Counted from the stretch's first letter, positions 45,358-58,299 are shown. The stretch: DNA of 64,000 nt from Zygnema circumcarinatum SAG 698-1b (GCA_037447605.1 CM074808.1:620001-684000); one strand, 5' to 3'. Numbers and translations are program-made. Notes: generated by a model not told the origin, from the sequence alone.

Positions 45358-47030
45358 GGTCAGTATTTCAGGTTTCTTGCAGCCAGTTTAGAAACTAAAT
45401 GATTTTTTGAGCTTCCTAAATTCCTTTAAGCTTTTTCTGGATATGGGGTGCTTCGTGTAACCAGACATATCTGTTTCTGCAGATTGCGTCAGCGTTGAAA
45501 CCAAAAAACTAGTGGACCTTATTTCCGCCAAGTTTGCCGATTTCTGTGCCGCTGCTGAACCGCAGAACAAGACCTCCTTTGATGACTTTGTAAGCGCAAG
45601 ACCTTACCCATAACTTGTGATCACTCTCCAACCCTCTCATCACTCCTCTCTCCCTCCTCTTCTGATGAGGCCGCGTTTAACCGCAGCCTTCTCTCCCTCT
45701 CTCTCCTCTCTCCTCCCCTCTCCCTCCCCCCCTCTCTCGCAGTGCTCAGCCCGAAGCAGCTCCCCCCGCACAGCCGTCCTCGCTGCTCTCTCGGCGGAGG
45801 GCATCGACCCCCTCAGACTCGCTCTCACCCGCTGTGCAGCTGCAGGACCCTGCGCTGCTCCGCCAGAGAAGGTGCGCTCTCTCTCTCATCCCCTCTCTCT
45901 CCCTCTCTCCTCTCCTCACCCTCTCTCTCCCTTCCCCACTCCCTCTCCCTACCCTACCGTTTTTCCTAACCTACGATCTTACATAGGCTTAACTTTTGGC
46001 AAGTCCTGAAGGTCAGCCGCATGATAGTGTGTGCCCTTCTTCTGCATGTTTCAGATTTCCTTCTCGTCCGCTCCTCTCCACTCGGCTTTAGTCCGTACAG
46101 TCTCTCCCCCGCTGGAAAGAGAGGGAGTGTCGGAGGATGGGGAGGGCCCACCCATGTGCAAAGGTGAGTAGAAGTTTCTTTTGCATTTCTTTCATTCCTT
46201 TGTTGTTCTTGTGAATCAGGAAGTCGTTTGGGCTTTGAGAAAGGAAACGTAGTCTGTTTGAAAGCCTTAAGAGTGACTCGTGAATGTCAACTGCTATGCA
46301 GAATGCATACATAAAACTCTGAACGACTCTCTCGCCTTCATCGCCAAGCGGCACGAACTCATTTGCAGCGAAGCAGACGCACCGCCACCTGTCAAGGCTG
46401 CTGTAGGGCACTGCTCTCACTCTCTGCAGAGAGAGGGGAAGGGGGAGGGGAGAGGGAGAGGGAATGGGGGAGAGAAAGCGATGAATGATTACGTCTGTCT
46501 TGAAATAGCAAAAACCATAATGAAGATTCTGACTTAAACTCCAAACAAAAACCAATGCTCGTGATTTCTTACACCAATCTCTCCTCTTGCAGTGCAAATT
46601 TGCCGAAGACTATCCTTACCTCGCCGAGACAGTCGGGCTCCTCCGCCTGAAGCCGTGGGAGGCGGCCGTCTGCTCCTGCATCTTCCGCCGCTTTTGCCTC
46701 CCTCCCCCTCCCCCTCCCCCACCGTTTCCACCTCCGCATGCCCCTAAAAACCCTAAAAATCCTGAAGGCCGCGGAAACCCTAATCCTCCTGAAGCAGCAC
46801 ATATGTCTCTCCCAGCCTTCCCCTTCGCATCTCTGCCATGCGGTCCTCCGATGCTTCCACCTCCCATTGTTTGCTTCCTCACTTTAGGGCTTGTTTGCCC
46901 TCCTCCTCCCCCTCCTCCCTTCCCACCTTGTGGGTCCCTTCCTCCTGGATTCGAGCATTTCCATGGCGGCCATGGATTCAAGAGTGCGGAGCATCGTTTC
47001 GGCCGAAAGGAGCGACATGGGGGGAAGTGA
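44946..47030 (+). CDS. Uncharacterised secretory/membrane-anchored protein with two six-Cys saposin-like repeats and a Pro/Cys/His-rich tail
   Basis: N-terminal hydrophobic helix. Exons: 44946-45270, 45482-45589, 45743-45871, ~46055-46163, 46302-46402, 46593-47030. Both repeats follow CxxC-x19-C-x12/14-C-x27/29-C-x5-C. Confidence 0.7.
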
Positions 47031-47708
47031 AGAAGGAACCTCTTTTGAGCATGTATGTATTTCAGGGAAGGAAAATTGGTCGTAGTCTTTTGGTTTAGTC
47101 GCGCTGGAAAGCTTTTGGCTTCGAACACTGCGGTGACTTGAATGCTTATTTTAAATGTTTCTGACTGTACAGGTGGTGAAAAATGCCTCTGAGACGGCAC
47201 GAGGCTCTGTGAAGAAGGCTCGAAAGAGGCTTGGGAGGGAGGGAGGGAGGGAGGGAGGGAGGGAGGGAGGGGAGGAGGGAGGATGTACTTTAGTTTCGTT
47301 AACCTAAAAGACAAGAAGGCTGTAGGGGGGCTTCTTGAATCGGCGAGATCATTGTCCGAATGCAGACCATCTTGAATCTCGCGGGGGCTCGATAGGGCGC
47401 TATGTGAAGGGTAGTGCCTACTTCTCCTGTAGCTGCAGTGCTCATCTGTAAATGACTCATTTTTATAATAATTTTATCGTATAATCCATGTGTTGGGTGC
47501 CAGCCGATAATGCTTCCTGCCATGGCTGCTCGGGCGTTCACCGCCTCTGCTTTGTTTCTGTCAAAATTTCCCAACCTTTCGCATAAGCATGGCATGTCAT
47601 GCTTGTCGATGACAGGTGGCAGGCCGCAGTAGTAGACAAATGCGAAGGGTTTGAAAAAGCTAAAATAAGCAAACTGCGTTTCAAAGAATCCAAAGACAAC
47701 ATCGGCTT

Positions 47709-47856
47709 CAGTAGCGGATCCAGGGTTTTTGCCGAGGGGGGGCTAAGCACACTCTCAGCGTACAATACATAAGATAAAATAAAATAAAAAAGGTTGAATT
47801 TTAAAAATCCGACTGGAATTAAGCCCCCCCAACTTGTACATGTAAATCCGCCACTG
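47709..47856. mobile_element. hAT-type MITE, 148 bp
   Basis: Termini CAGTAGCGGAT...ATCCGCCACTG (10/11 inverted match). Perfect 8-bp target-site duplication ATCGGCTT at 47701-47708 and 47857-47864. Confidence 0.9.
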
Positions 47857-48750
47857 ATCGGCTTCGAGCACTACACTTTGTAATCGATCTGCCCCAACTT
47901 TCGCCTTGTCCCTCACTCAAGTTTGAGTCTGATTGCTCTCATGAGTCGTGCATGGCTCATGGGCTCATGTCTCCCTAGCTTGGACCCTAACATGGGCCAT
48001 ACATAACATGGGTCACAAACATTCTAGGGAGGAAAGAGAAGCTTTTGAGCGCAAGGGCCCTCCCGTCAGTCAGCCCCAAGGTCACGGCCCCGAACAATGC
48101 GACCCGCCGCCCAACCATGCGCGCCATGTTCCCCAACGCGCTAGGCCCCTCCCTCCTAGGGCGCGTTTCCATGCACCCTTCCCCGTTTTTGCAGAATAAC
48201 GACGGCGGAACTCTGACAAAGAACCACAGTTACAGTTTGGAATTTCTATGCTCCAGTTTTGATGCAAGTTTACGCTGTTCCATGCAGTTCTCATTCACAA
48301 CGTCGGAGTAACGACCTCACAAAGGTCTCTCAACGCGTTATCTCGCGACGGGTTTAGCGGCATCGAAAGAATTCCAGTCTGCGGTATTTCCCCGCGAGGT
48401 GAGGACGTCGGTTGGCATGGAATTCGCCGATGCTGCAGATACGGTTCGTTGGAAGGTACAACGAATGAGATGCTCACAAGTGACCGGAACAGTACGCGTT
48501 TACATGTGTTCGTACGGGTTATTCCGTTGTTCTGGCACAAGGAACAACTGTCACATGTGAGGAAAGGTCTCGAAATCTCAATCGTGAGACCCGCGAAATC
48601 GCATATTTCGTCATTCAAGAAAGTCGAAATGAATTCCCATTCTCGTCAACAACTATTGTAATATCCTCCCTCCCCCATAGGGAGCTCAGACTTGGCTTCT
48701 CATTCTGGAATACGATTTTTTGCTTGTACGGATACTTACGGAGATCATTA

Positions 48751-49341
48751 CAGTAGGACCCCATCATATTTTCCACCTCAACATTTGCGTCACCAATAAA
48801 TTCGCACCAATTTTGCCGAAACCACTTTTTTGTACGGTAACTTCGTGTTAGCCGTACTAGCCGTACTAGCTGTACAATCCGTACTAGTCGTACTAGCCGT
48901 CACGGGCTTACGCAAAACTCACCTATTCACCCCGCACGTGCCGCCGTCAGAGGCGCTCGCTCTTCTCCCCTTCTTCTTGGCATCGATACGATACGATACG
49001 ATACGGTATGGTACGATACAATACGAAACTCCCCGATACGGTACTATCCGTACTAGCCGTACGAGCTGTAGTAGCCGTTACGGGCTCGAATTTAAACTCT
49101 CCGAATTTTCCCGCCCTTGCCGCCGCAAGAGGCCACCATAGTGTCAGTTGCTGCGATACGATACGGTGCGATGCGGTACGATATACCAGCAAATGATACG
49201 ATACGATACGAACGAACCTACATGAACTCTTAACATAATTCCGCTCGTCTATTGGTAACACAGACTTAATATTTGCCGAAAAACGATATTTTCGCCGGAT
49301 ATTCGCTAAAACCAGGTGGAAAATATGATGGGGTCCTACTG
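48751..49341. mobile_element. Non-autonomous Tc1/mariner-pogo-type element, 591 bp
   Basis: Perfect 28-bp TIR CAGTAGGACCCCATCATATTTTCCACCT at 48751-48778, with its inverse at 49314-49341. TA flanks both sides. No transposase ORF. Confidence 0.9.
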
Positions 49342-49627
49342 TACTGTACTGTATTTTCCAAGATCAGAACCAGTACGGTAGCAAGCAATTCTGGATTCCA
49401 GCACTGAAAGGCATTCGACATCCCTACATAATAACGAATACTCAGATTCCAGAAGTCCCCGTTTGCATCATTCAAATACCATACTCCAAATTTTCGACAG
49501 CCCTCGCAAATCCCAGCGCCTCCTCTCCCATAAAGCTCCTCCCTCCCCAAAATTGGGCCCCTCCTCCTGCCATGGCTGCCTTACGTCACGCTCATCCGTG
49601 CTGACGTCCCTGCTTACCAGCCTGGCC

Positions 49628-51868
49628 ATGGGCGGCGAGTCGACGGAGCCGAGCGACCTCCCTCCTCCTCTGCCGTTGTACGGCCCTCCAGCAACGGAAC
49701 TGGCAGCCATGGATATCGGTCCAGGAGGAGACGACCAAGGCTTTTGCCACGGGTCACAACGAGAACCCCCTGCAGGAAGGTCTGCAAACCCTAAATTGGA
49801 CGGCGCAGATTCCTCCCCGCCGACGTGGCTGGAGCGGGACGGCCGTCCAGCGCCCTCTATGGCTGCCAATGGGGGAGTAAACGGAGGTGACGTGTCTCTG
49901 CAGGAGCCGTCCACGTGGCACCATCCGCACGCTCGGGAGTTTCCCCACCCGCCGCCTTTCGGCTTCCCCCCTCCTTTCCCGCCTCCGCACGTGCTGCCAT
50001 TTCTGGGCCAGGTGTTGGCCACTCTCGCGCCCTCCCCCTACCACCCCCCTCCCAACTCAGAAGGGCCTGAAACGTCAAAAAACCTATACAACTCAGAAAA
50101 CCCAAAATTAAAGAACCCTAAGAAACCTAAAAATGTAAACTCTCCAGAAGGCCCTGAAGCTCCCGGAATACCTAACACTCATTCCCCTTCCTTTTACGAA
50201 GGCTGGCCTCCCCCGCATCTCCCTCCCTTTCCCCCTTCCTCGCATTCCTTCCCTCCCCCACCTCCCATTCCTCCTCCCCCCCATCACCTCCGTCCCCACC
50301 ACCACCCTGGCCATTGGAAGCATTTCCCACATCCCCACATGATGCGTCCCCACTTTCAACATGGCCCCCATCCCCCTCACTTCTTCTTCCCCCATGGACG
50401 CCCCCCACATCCCGACCATCCTCCCTCGCCCTCCCCCTCCCCCATCCCTTCCCCCTCCAAAGGAGAAGAGGAAGCCATGGATTCCGCCTCCTCTCACCCT
50501 GTTCCGCAGCGCTACAAGCAGCCGACTCGTGGCAGCCATCTACAGCCTTCAGATGGAGAAGTTCGAGCCTCCACACCTCCGGGAGAAAGAGTGAAAGATG
50601 AGTGGCCCCGGGGGTGGCCAGGTCCTCCTCCTCCTCCTCCTCCTCCCCAAGGCTTCATGGAGGGAGACATGCTGCCACCATTCCCTTCCCCTCACTCTCA
50701 TCCTCCTCCTCCCTTCCCTCATCCCTCCATGCCGCCATGGCATGCATGGGACATGCCTCCTCCTCCCCATGAGACTCCTTTCCCCATGGCTCCCCCGTCC
50801 TTCACGGTCCCTCCCATTCTCTCCTCCAGCATGGCGGAGCATCTGGCCTTGTATTTCAAGACCTATGCTGAGCAACTAGAAGGAGAAAATGGGGTACGTC
50901 AATCGCAAGAGTCTTCGCGGATGTTAAGAAACCACCGAGGGATGCGGAATAAGGGCAAAGGTTTGTGGGAGTTTAGGGATGCGGAGGGCCACGGAAGTGC
51001 CTCGGAAAGTGATTCCGTTAACTCGTCCGGGATGAAATCTCCTCGAGCAGGTGGCGATAAGGGATTGGCAGACAGAGCACCGCAAACGGGCCCAAAATTC
51101 TCCGTCCAGGATGACTTTCGCTTTCAATCTCAGCAAGGTGAGTGAGTAATATGCTGAAGTTCTTGCTTGCTTTGCTGTTTTACTGTTCATTGAGTTGCAT
51201 ACATTTCCTCTGGAAGCTGGGGATAATGCAGTGTATATGGGGGGGGGACTCCGTCTGCTTAGACCATAACCTAGTTCAACTCGAAAAGTGCTATAGACTA
51301 AGCTCGGGAGCCTTTGAGGGAGGAATCTAGGGCAAGCTTTTATAGAACAGAGCACATTATGATGGAATTCTGAACTGCCTAGCAGTGAAGGAACCTTCTG
51401 GGAAGCTTACACTAATGCCTTCTGTGGCCTTTTGCAGGACCTATGCCCCCTGGAATGCCATTCACGGCAGCCACTACTTCCAATTTTCCTCCGAGTCAAG
51501 CATATCCTTTGAATCCTAGTGCTTCAAAAAACCCTTTTGACACGCTTTCATCTCCGAATGAATTTGTTCAGCAGACAATGAAAATGGAGGGAGCTTCTGA
51601 AAGCTCGCAGCCCTTTCCCGCTCCATCATCTAAGCAGCAGCCGTCTAAGTCGGCCAATGTTCTGTCAACAAACGTCGATCCGCAGTTGGTGGAGTTTATG
51701 CAGAGGACAGGATTGGCTCTTTATACTCCCGTTTTGGCAGAGCTGTGGGTGGATATGGCGGAGCTTCTGGTCATGTCAGAGGAGGAGATTGGTTCCTTGG
51801 GGCTCCCCAGAGAGGCTGCAGAAAAGCTGAAAGTCGCATTGTACAGAGAAGCTGTATACAATATTTGA
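49628..51868 (+). CDS. Pro/His-rich low-complexity protein with a C-terminal SAM (sterile alpha motif) domain
   Basis: A long ORF runs to 51137, and a GT-AG intron at 51138-51437 joins it in frame to the last exon. The C-terminus LVEFMQRTGLALYTPVLAELWVDMAELLVMSEEEIGSLGLPREAAEKLKVAL fits SAM. The start codon and a possible small internal intron are uncertain. Confidence 0.75.
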
Positions 51869-52516
51869 TCTCAATCGGTTATACTTAGGATACTTTAGGG
51901 CTTTTAGGGTGTTTGTAAGTTTATCTGTTTTCGTTCATGGTGAGGAAGGAAGATGTATGTCCACTGCAGAATTAGTGTGCTTTTAAAACGAATGTACTTT
52001 ATGTAGACGAAATCATAAGAAAAAAATTAGAAAAGGTACATGGGGGGGATGTATTCGTGCTTCTATGTGCGTATTTTTGTTCCCCCACATCGGAATGCCA
52101 CTGAGCACAGCGAACGCCCTCCCAAGCCTTATCACGATTTACTTGCCTGTGATACAATTTGGCTTTCCATGGACTCGCAGTTTGGCTCGAAAGGACCAAC
52201 TGAACCAGTAGAACAGAGAATCTCTAACAATAGAACACAATAAAACGTATTAAAAAAATGATTGGGTTAATTCCACTACGCTGTTTTTGAAATAAACGAT
52301 TGTAACTTAATAAAATGGAACAGAATCAACAAAACCTACCAGAATTAATCACTTGAGTTAATTGCAACCCTCAGATTATGACGACCCCTCCAACAATCAG
52401 CAATCTTCTCCCCAAGCCCTCCTCTCTGCAACCCGCCGCCTGTACAAAAAAAATCTCCGGAATCCCAACGGCAACGCGAGACGATTTATTCCGTTCGTTC
52501 TTTAAAAAAAAAAAAT

Positions 52517-55500
52517 TTACCCTTTGTTAGAAACGAAGGCTGATTGCCCTAATCGAACAAACGAGTCGGCAATGAGGAGACAGACCAGAACCCCGAGCCC
52601 GCCACCCATCCACGTTGAAAATTGGAGCGGTGAGATAGGGAGCCACTCCGGAACCGCATTCACCGTCTCCTCCGCCTCCTCTCCCTCCTCACAAACCATT
52701 GGTCCCTCCGTTCTCGAGAATGGGAAAGGGCGAGCAGCAGGCTTCTCTCCTTTTCCGTCCTCCTCCAGCAGCTGTACGAGCTCAATAGAAGCATCCGAAT
52801 TGTCAACTTTCCTTTCCGACAATACTTTCTTGAACAATACATTGTTCTCTTCATGAAAGCGGTGCCCATGCACCTCGATCCCGTGTAACGGACTCTTGCT
52901 CACAGGCCGTTCTATGTGGCACATCTGCCTTGCTTCTTGCGACGCATCTCCATACGGAGTCATTGGAGAAGAGCTCTCCTGTAGCGCATCATCCTCTATG
53001 CTTCGCACATACTCTCGGCTTTGCTGCCCGGAACGGAAACTTTTCTGCTGACCCCCCGCGGTGCTAACGTACGACAGCTCATTTTCTTCCCCATTCAAAG
53101 ACTTTTCCTCCCCTTCCTTTTCCAGTGAATTCTCCTTCGATGACAAAAGCGCGGCTCGGTACAGCAGTGCAGGAATAACAAAGTTGATGAAACCCTGAAA
53201 CAGAATCGCCATCCAGTTGCAGAACTGCAGGAGGACCTGAACCATGCGACGGATAGGAAGGAAAAAATGGAACTTTAGAATTTTTACAAGGGGTGCCATC
53301 ACATCTATTAAAGTTAGGGCAGCAGGAAGGAGAGAGGCAGAAGCCTGACAATTTCACAATATATATTTACTTTTTTTTGCAGGACTTTCCGGCGGAGTAT
53401 TTCCTGGCTATTCACACGCTAAGGAGGTGGATGAGTACCTCTGCCTGGTAGAAGAAAGCTGTGACTATCCACGGTGCCAACACTCCACATAGAAATGCTC
53501 CTGAAGGATTCAGAAGTCCGCTGTTCACCAAGTTGTATTTCACCATGATGGCGAGAACAGGGATGCCCGGAAGGTACCCCGAAATTCCCCATAAACATGC
53601 AGACAATTCCAAAGTTAACGGAACCTGCAGGAGTGGGAAGTCGAAAAAACATCGTTAGAGTATTTGGATACATCCATAAGGCTTAATGAGTTATCTCGGG
53701 GTCCAACATGGGTGAAAGTGGACTTGGCCCATTGTTGTGAATGCAGATATTAGCGATTTAATGAGTGCAGGCAATAGCAGAGAGTAGCGTTCCCTAATGT
53801 ATTCAACGGTAGAGAATATGAAAGGCGTTACTGCAAATCGCCATGACAACTGCTTTTTCAACAAAATCAGAAAAGGCCAAATCACCTGTTCAGAATGACA
53901 AGATGTTTCCTTTGCAGCCCTGGCAACAAGAACGTTCAAAATGTTCTCTGTTCCGTCTAACGGACGGCCGTCGGCATGCAGCAGGTTGAATGACCAGGCG
54001 CCAAAAAGAGCTGCAGGAAGCCCACATCAGCATGCAGATCAACAATGTGCTATCTCAAGGGGTGTTCCTTATCATAAAAACAAGGGCAGGGTGGCAATAC
54101 ACGCCTTTCATTAAGATCTTCTTAAAGAAAGGTTCACAAGATGCTCTCACCCAGTGTAATGTTGAGAGTGACGGCCAACAGTGAGGGCAGCCATATCGCT
54201 CGGTTCACTCCCACTCCCGGCCGTTTCTCATTCACCCACGAGGGGATGGTGCTCACATAGGAATACGAAAATACAGCCACCCCCACAACCTGCAAGCTAC
54301 CGAACAGTTGGAATGAGCTGAAAGTACAACTGACAGAAGTCGGAAGTTAAGGGAAACAGGACGGAACAGAGCAAGGAACGTGTTTCAGGCAAAACCTGAG
54401 AGATGTTTCCTCCAATAATGGGAGTTCGTTGGGGGCCATTCCCGGGGCAGAAGGTGGCACTGTGAGGCAAAATGCTTTGGGTGTAAAAACCAATGAAGTA
54501 GAGAGAGAACGAAAGCTGTCCCCCCACGGATATCCATTGCATCCACATGTTGTCCTCAAGACTGAGAAGGCCCATGGGAATGCACACGATGGCTGCGAGA
54601 GCGTACCTACACCCAGCATTAGCTGGTCAGAGATTGTCAAGAAGAAGGTGAAAGATTTCGCACGTTTCTAGTTTGTTGCGCTTTAGCAGACATTTTCAGA
54701 GTTTCTGCTTTGGTAAAAAACACTCTGCAGCCAAGTGAAGTGTCAAAAGCCTATAAGACAAAGTTAAAGTATAAGACAAAGTCACCCCCTCTGGATAATA
54801 GTATCGACTTGAAGTCGAAAACTCACCCGAGAGATAGCACAGAAGTGGAACATGTCCCATTCTCTGTTTCTCCCCACTTGCATGGCTGCTCAGCCCCCCC
54901 CTGAGCCTTGAATGCAGGCGGCCAAGCCAAATAATCCAAACCGTACGTTGAGCCCAGAATTCGCGATACTAGTGAGTCGAGGACCTGTCCTTAAATCACT
55001 ATTAGGGTCACTCTTTGAACACTTGAGCCTCGAACATCAAATTACGAAAGACATGGGGCCTATATTTCTTAAATAACTTCAAGGAGCAAGGAAGGTTCGC
55101 ATCAAAAGGGCACCTGAGAAGTAACAATCATAGCAGCAATGTTCGAAGCAGTGAGGCCCACATTGTATGCCACCTGTCCCAAAAGTTCCATCCGCAAGGA
55201 GTTATAAAGCTCTGCAGCCCGCTCTCGAATCCTCCCTGAAATCTATACATATCCAAACATCCCATATATGCTAAAGTTAGGGGTTTCCCTGCATTTGGTA
55301 CTCTCATCTGAGGTCGGCCTGCAGAGCTCACCATAGCTACAGCGTACCACTTTTGACCAAAGTAATAGCGCACAAGTGTACAGTACTCGTATCTTCTTCC
55401 AAAGCTGCGGTTGCCGGGGATCCTTTGCATCGCCTCGCACAGCATGGCGGCAGCAAAGCTGCTGAGAGCCCACATAAGCAGCAGGCTGACAGTAGGGAGG

Positions 55501-56030
55501 AGCCATCCTGCCTGCTGGAAGAGGAGAGGGAGGACCACCATAGTGGGCCCGGCGATGTTGTTGAAGTTCAGAGCACAGGAACTGGAACACAGGAGATCAT
55601 CACAGCGGGAGAGACGAACAAGGAACAAAAATGTCTGTCGGCGAGAGAGATTTGTGTTTTCTGGCGAACGTGTACAAAACACCATTCTTCGACCTTGTTT
55701 TTACAGTAAGGACCAAGCCAGCTTGAGCTGAAGGGTTCAAAAAGCGCAAAAAAAGTACAAAAGGCTTTACAGCAATCTGCCAAGAAAAAGGAAGTGCAAG
55801 AAAAAGGAAGTACCCCCAAAATGATATCGTCTTTTCTCCGAAGCCTTTGGCAGGCGTGCTGCTGCTCTCCTTCACTTCGTCCTCCCCTGAAGTGGCAAAG
55901 TCCTGAATCAGCACCTCTGACGGCTGCTGGAATGCCTCATTCCGCAAGTGGGAGAATGCTTGAAGGCTTGGTTCAGCTCCACCTTCAGAGAATTCCCCTC
56001 GTTTTAGGCTGGACGAGAAGAGTGGATACC
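52517..56030 (-). CDS. Amino acid transporter (AAAP/Aa_trans family); 5' end unresolved and may extend to about 57300
   Basis: Exons read KTISFW|...LNFNNIAGPTMVVLPLLFQQAGWL...MLCEAMQRIPGN, CIPMGLLSLEDNMWMQWIS, FSYSYVSTIPSWVNEK, GIPVLAIMVKYNLVNSG and FINFVIPALLY. These give multiple TM helices. Confidence 0.85.
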
Positions 56031-58299
56031 ATGCTTAAAAAACATGACTAACCACTGAGGCACATTGTCATAACAACAAAGCATGCGCCAGCTAAATAAA
56101 GCGAGCAGGGACACTTAAGAGGTAATCATAACCAGTTGCTTTAACCGAGACTTAAGCAACCTCTATGTCAGAAATGTTGAAACCTGTTCACAGCCTGTAT
56201 CGCCAGCATATTGTAATATCGATAGTCAGAGAATGAATCGCAAAGCGAAAAGTCGTCCTCACCTTTGAGACCGTAATCTTGTAGTAGCGCTTTTCTCCAT
56301 TTCCGAAATCGTAGGTGAAAACCTACACACGCAGGACCAATTGCAGCATTGGTCAGTTTTTTGTGAGAAAGAATCACCCGACAAAATGTCACAAATATAA
56401 GAATAGAGTCGAGTGGAAGGTCTACATAGTTTTTCCTTCTAGGAAGATAGAATTCATGACATCCCAAACCGATTTAGTAATATTCTATGAAGAATCAAAC
56501 TAGCATATTTATTTCCGTAAGCGTACGGGTTAACAAAAGCTCAATTGTATGAGTTTTTCTGTTGCAAAAAATAGGAAATCCATGAGAACTAGCACATGAC
56601 AATGAATGAATCTGCTGGAAGCGGGTATCAGGGAAAGGGTTTCGGGAAATTCGATCCACTAATGGAATGTTTCGCATGCGCGAAGCAGGGAGGAGACGAT
56701 GCGCACTACTCTTTGATGAAGCTCGTGTTCTTGAATGCCAAAAAAAATTGTTCAACTTCATGTGCAAGGAAAGCTCGAGAAAAGCTTACATAGCGAACAA
56801 GCAAGTCCTCAATGCCACGACCAGCAGAATGCAGATATCTGGATACGCAGAGGCAGCCGCTTTCCAAGTCCGAAAATTCAAGCAACGTGTCCTCAATACG
56901 TTTCGACGGCTTGATATCAAATCAGCGATTGGTTGCTTTCAGATCTGAAACACGCTTGAAAAGTTCCTACAGTCCAAAAGAGGAGATCCAGCTCCTTGAA
57001 TAGACGTGAGCCCCTTCAGATTTCTGATGCAGGCTGCTCGAAAGTGGAGGAACTTATGACAGCATGTGAATGTTGAGTCAACAGGATCTTTCCAAGATAT
57101 CTGAAGTCCTTTCTTCAATCCCATCAAGGAACAAGTTAGGGCGAGAGAGAGATCATGGCATTTGAAACACTGAAATGATCGTTCCCAGCAGAGGACGGAA
57201 TTCCGATACAAGGATGCAGGAAGATAGTAAGGGAGAATGTGTGTGTGTAAGAGAGCGAGAGAAGGAGAGAGAGCGAGGGGAAGAAAAAAGCTTGCATTCG
57301 ACGAGACGAATGTTCATAACCTTATAAACTACACCCCCATTTCGGGAGAGTTCTAGCACACGGAAATTTCTCCGTTCAAGAGGCAGCCATGGAAGCCATG
57401 GCAGCCATGGCGGGGTCTTGACAGGAGCAGGTCCATGAGCAGGGAGGGAGCCATGGAGCCCTGGGCCGCCGCCCTCCTGCTACCTCACGCACCAATCCGA
57501 TTCAAACTCCTGTAGACTGGTGTAGAAAAATCATCGTACCAATTTCCGTATGATTATTCGTACCGAACTACCGTACGGGTTGAGGGAGCTTTTCCCGGCA
57601 GGAGCCGCAGGACAGGGGGGACATCTGGGCGGCGTCACTTTCCCAGACGTTGACTTCAACGGTCAACGGTCAACGGTCAACGGTCAAACCAAAAGCCCTA
57701 GCAGGGGCCCTGAATACCCTGCCCCCTACGTCAGCGTACCATGTCATGTCACATCACGTCATTAAGGAGGCGCACACTCCCTACTGTTGGAACAATTTCG
57801 TACTGTACTGTACTTTTGTCCGTGCCATTCGTACTGTTCGTACGTGTGGTCCAACTGTAACTGGCCCGATTTCAACTGTTCTATGTGGTCACGTCACGTC
57901 ACGAGGCACGGATTGGGCCCCCAACCCCATCCATCCCGATGGCTTCACGAAGCCGCCCCCATCGGTCCGTATGGATGACCGCATGATGACGACACCTATA
58001 TGTACGAACATGTACGGCTCGTTCAGCATCCCGGGAAGGAGCGCCTTTTGCTGACGTGGCATTCTCCGTACCTGGACCCACATCCAGGGGGGCTGCACCT
58101 GGCTATCCCTTTCTCCTCCGACCAATGGAAACTCGGCGAGGGCACACGTGGTACGCTCTCATTGGAATGGCCGCCCCATTGTGGCCGATAAAGCGGCCAT
58201 AGGCCCTTCCAATCTGTTACTTTTTCGGTCTGTCTCCCTCTCCCTCTCCCTCTCCCTCTCCGTCTTCTCTCCCTCAGCGTCGCCCAAAGGTCGGCCGCC

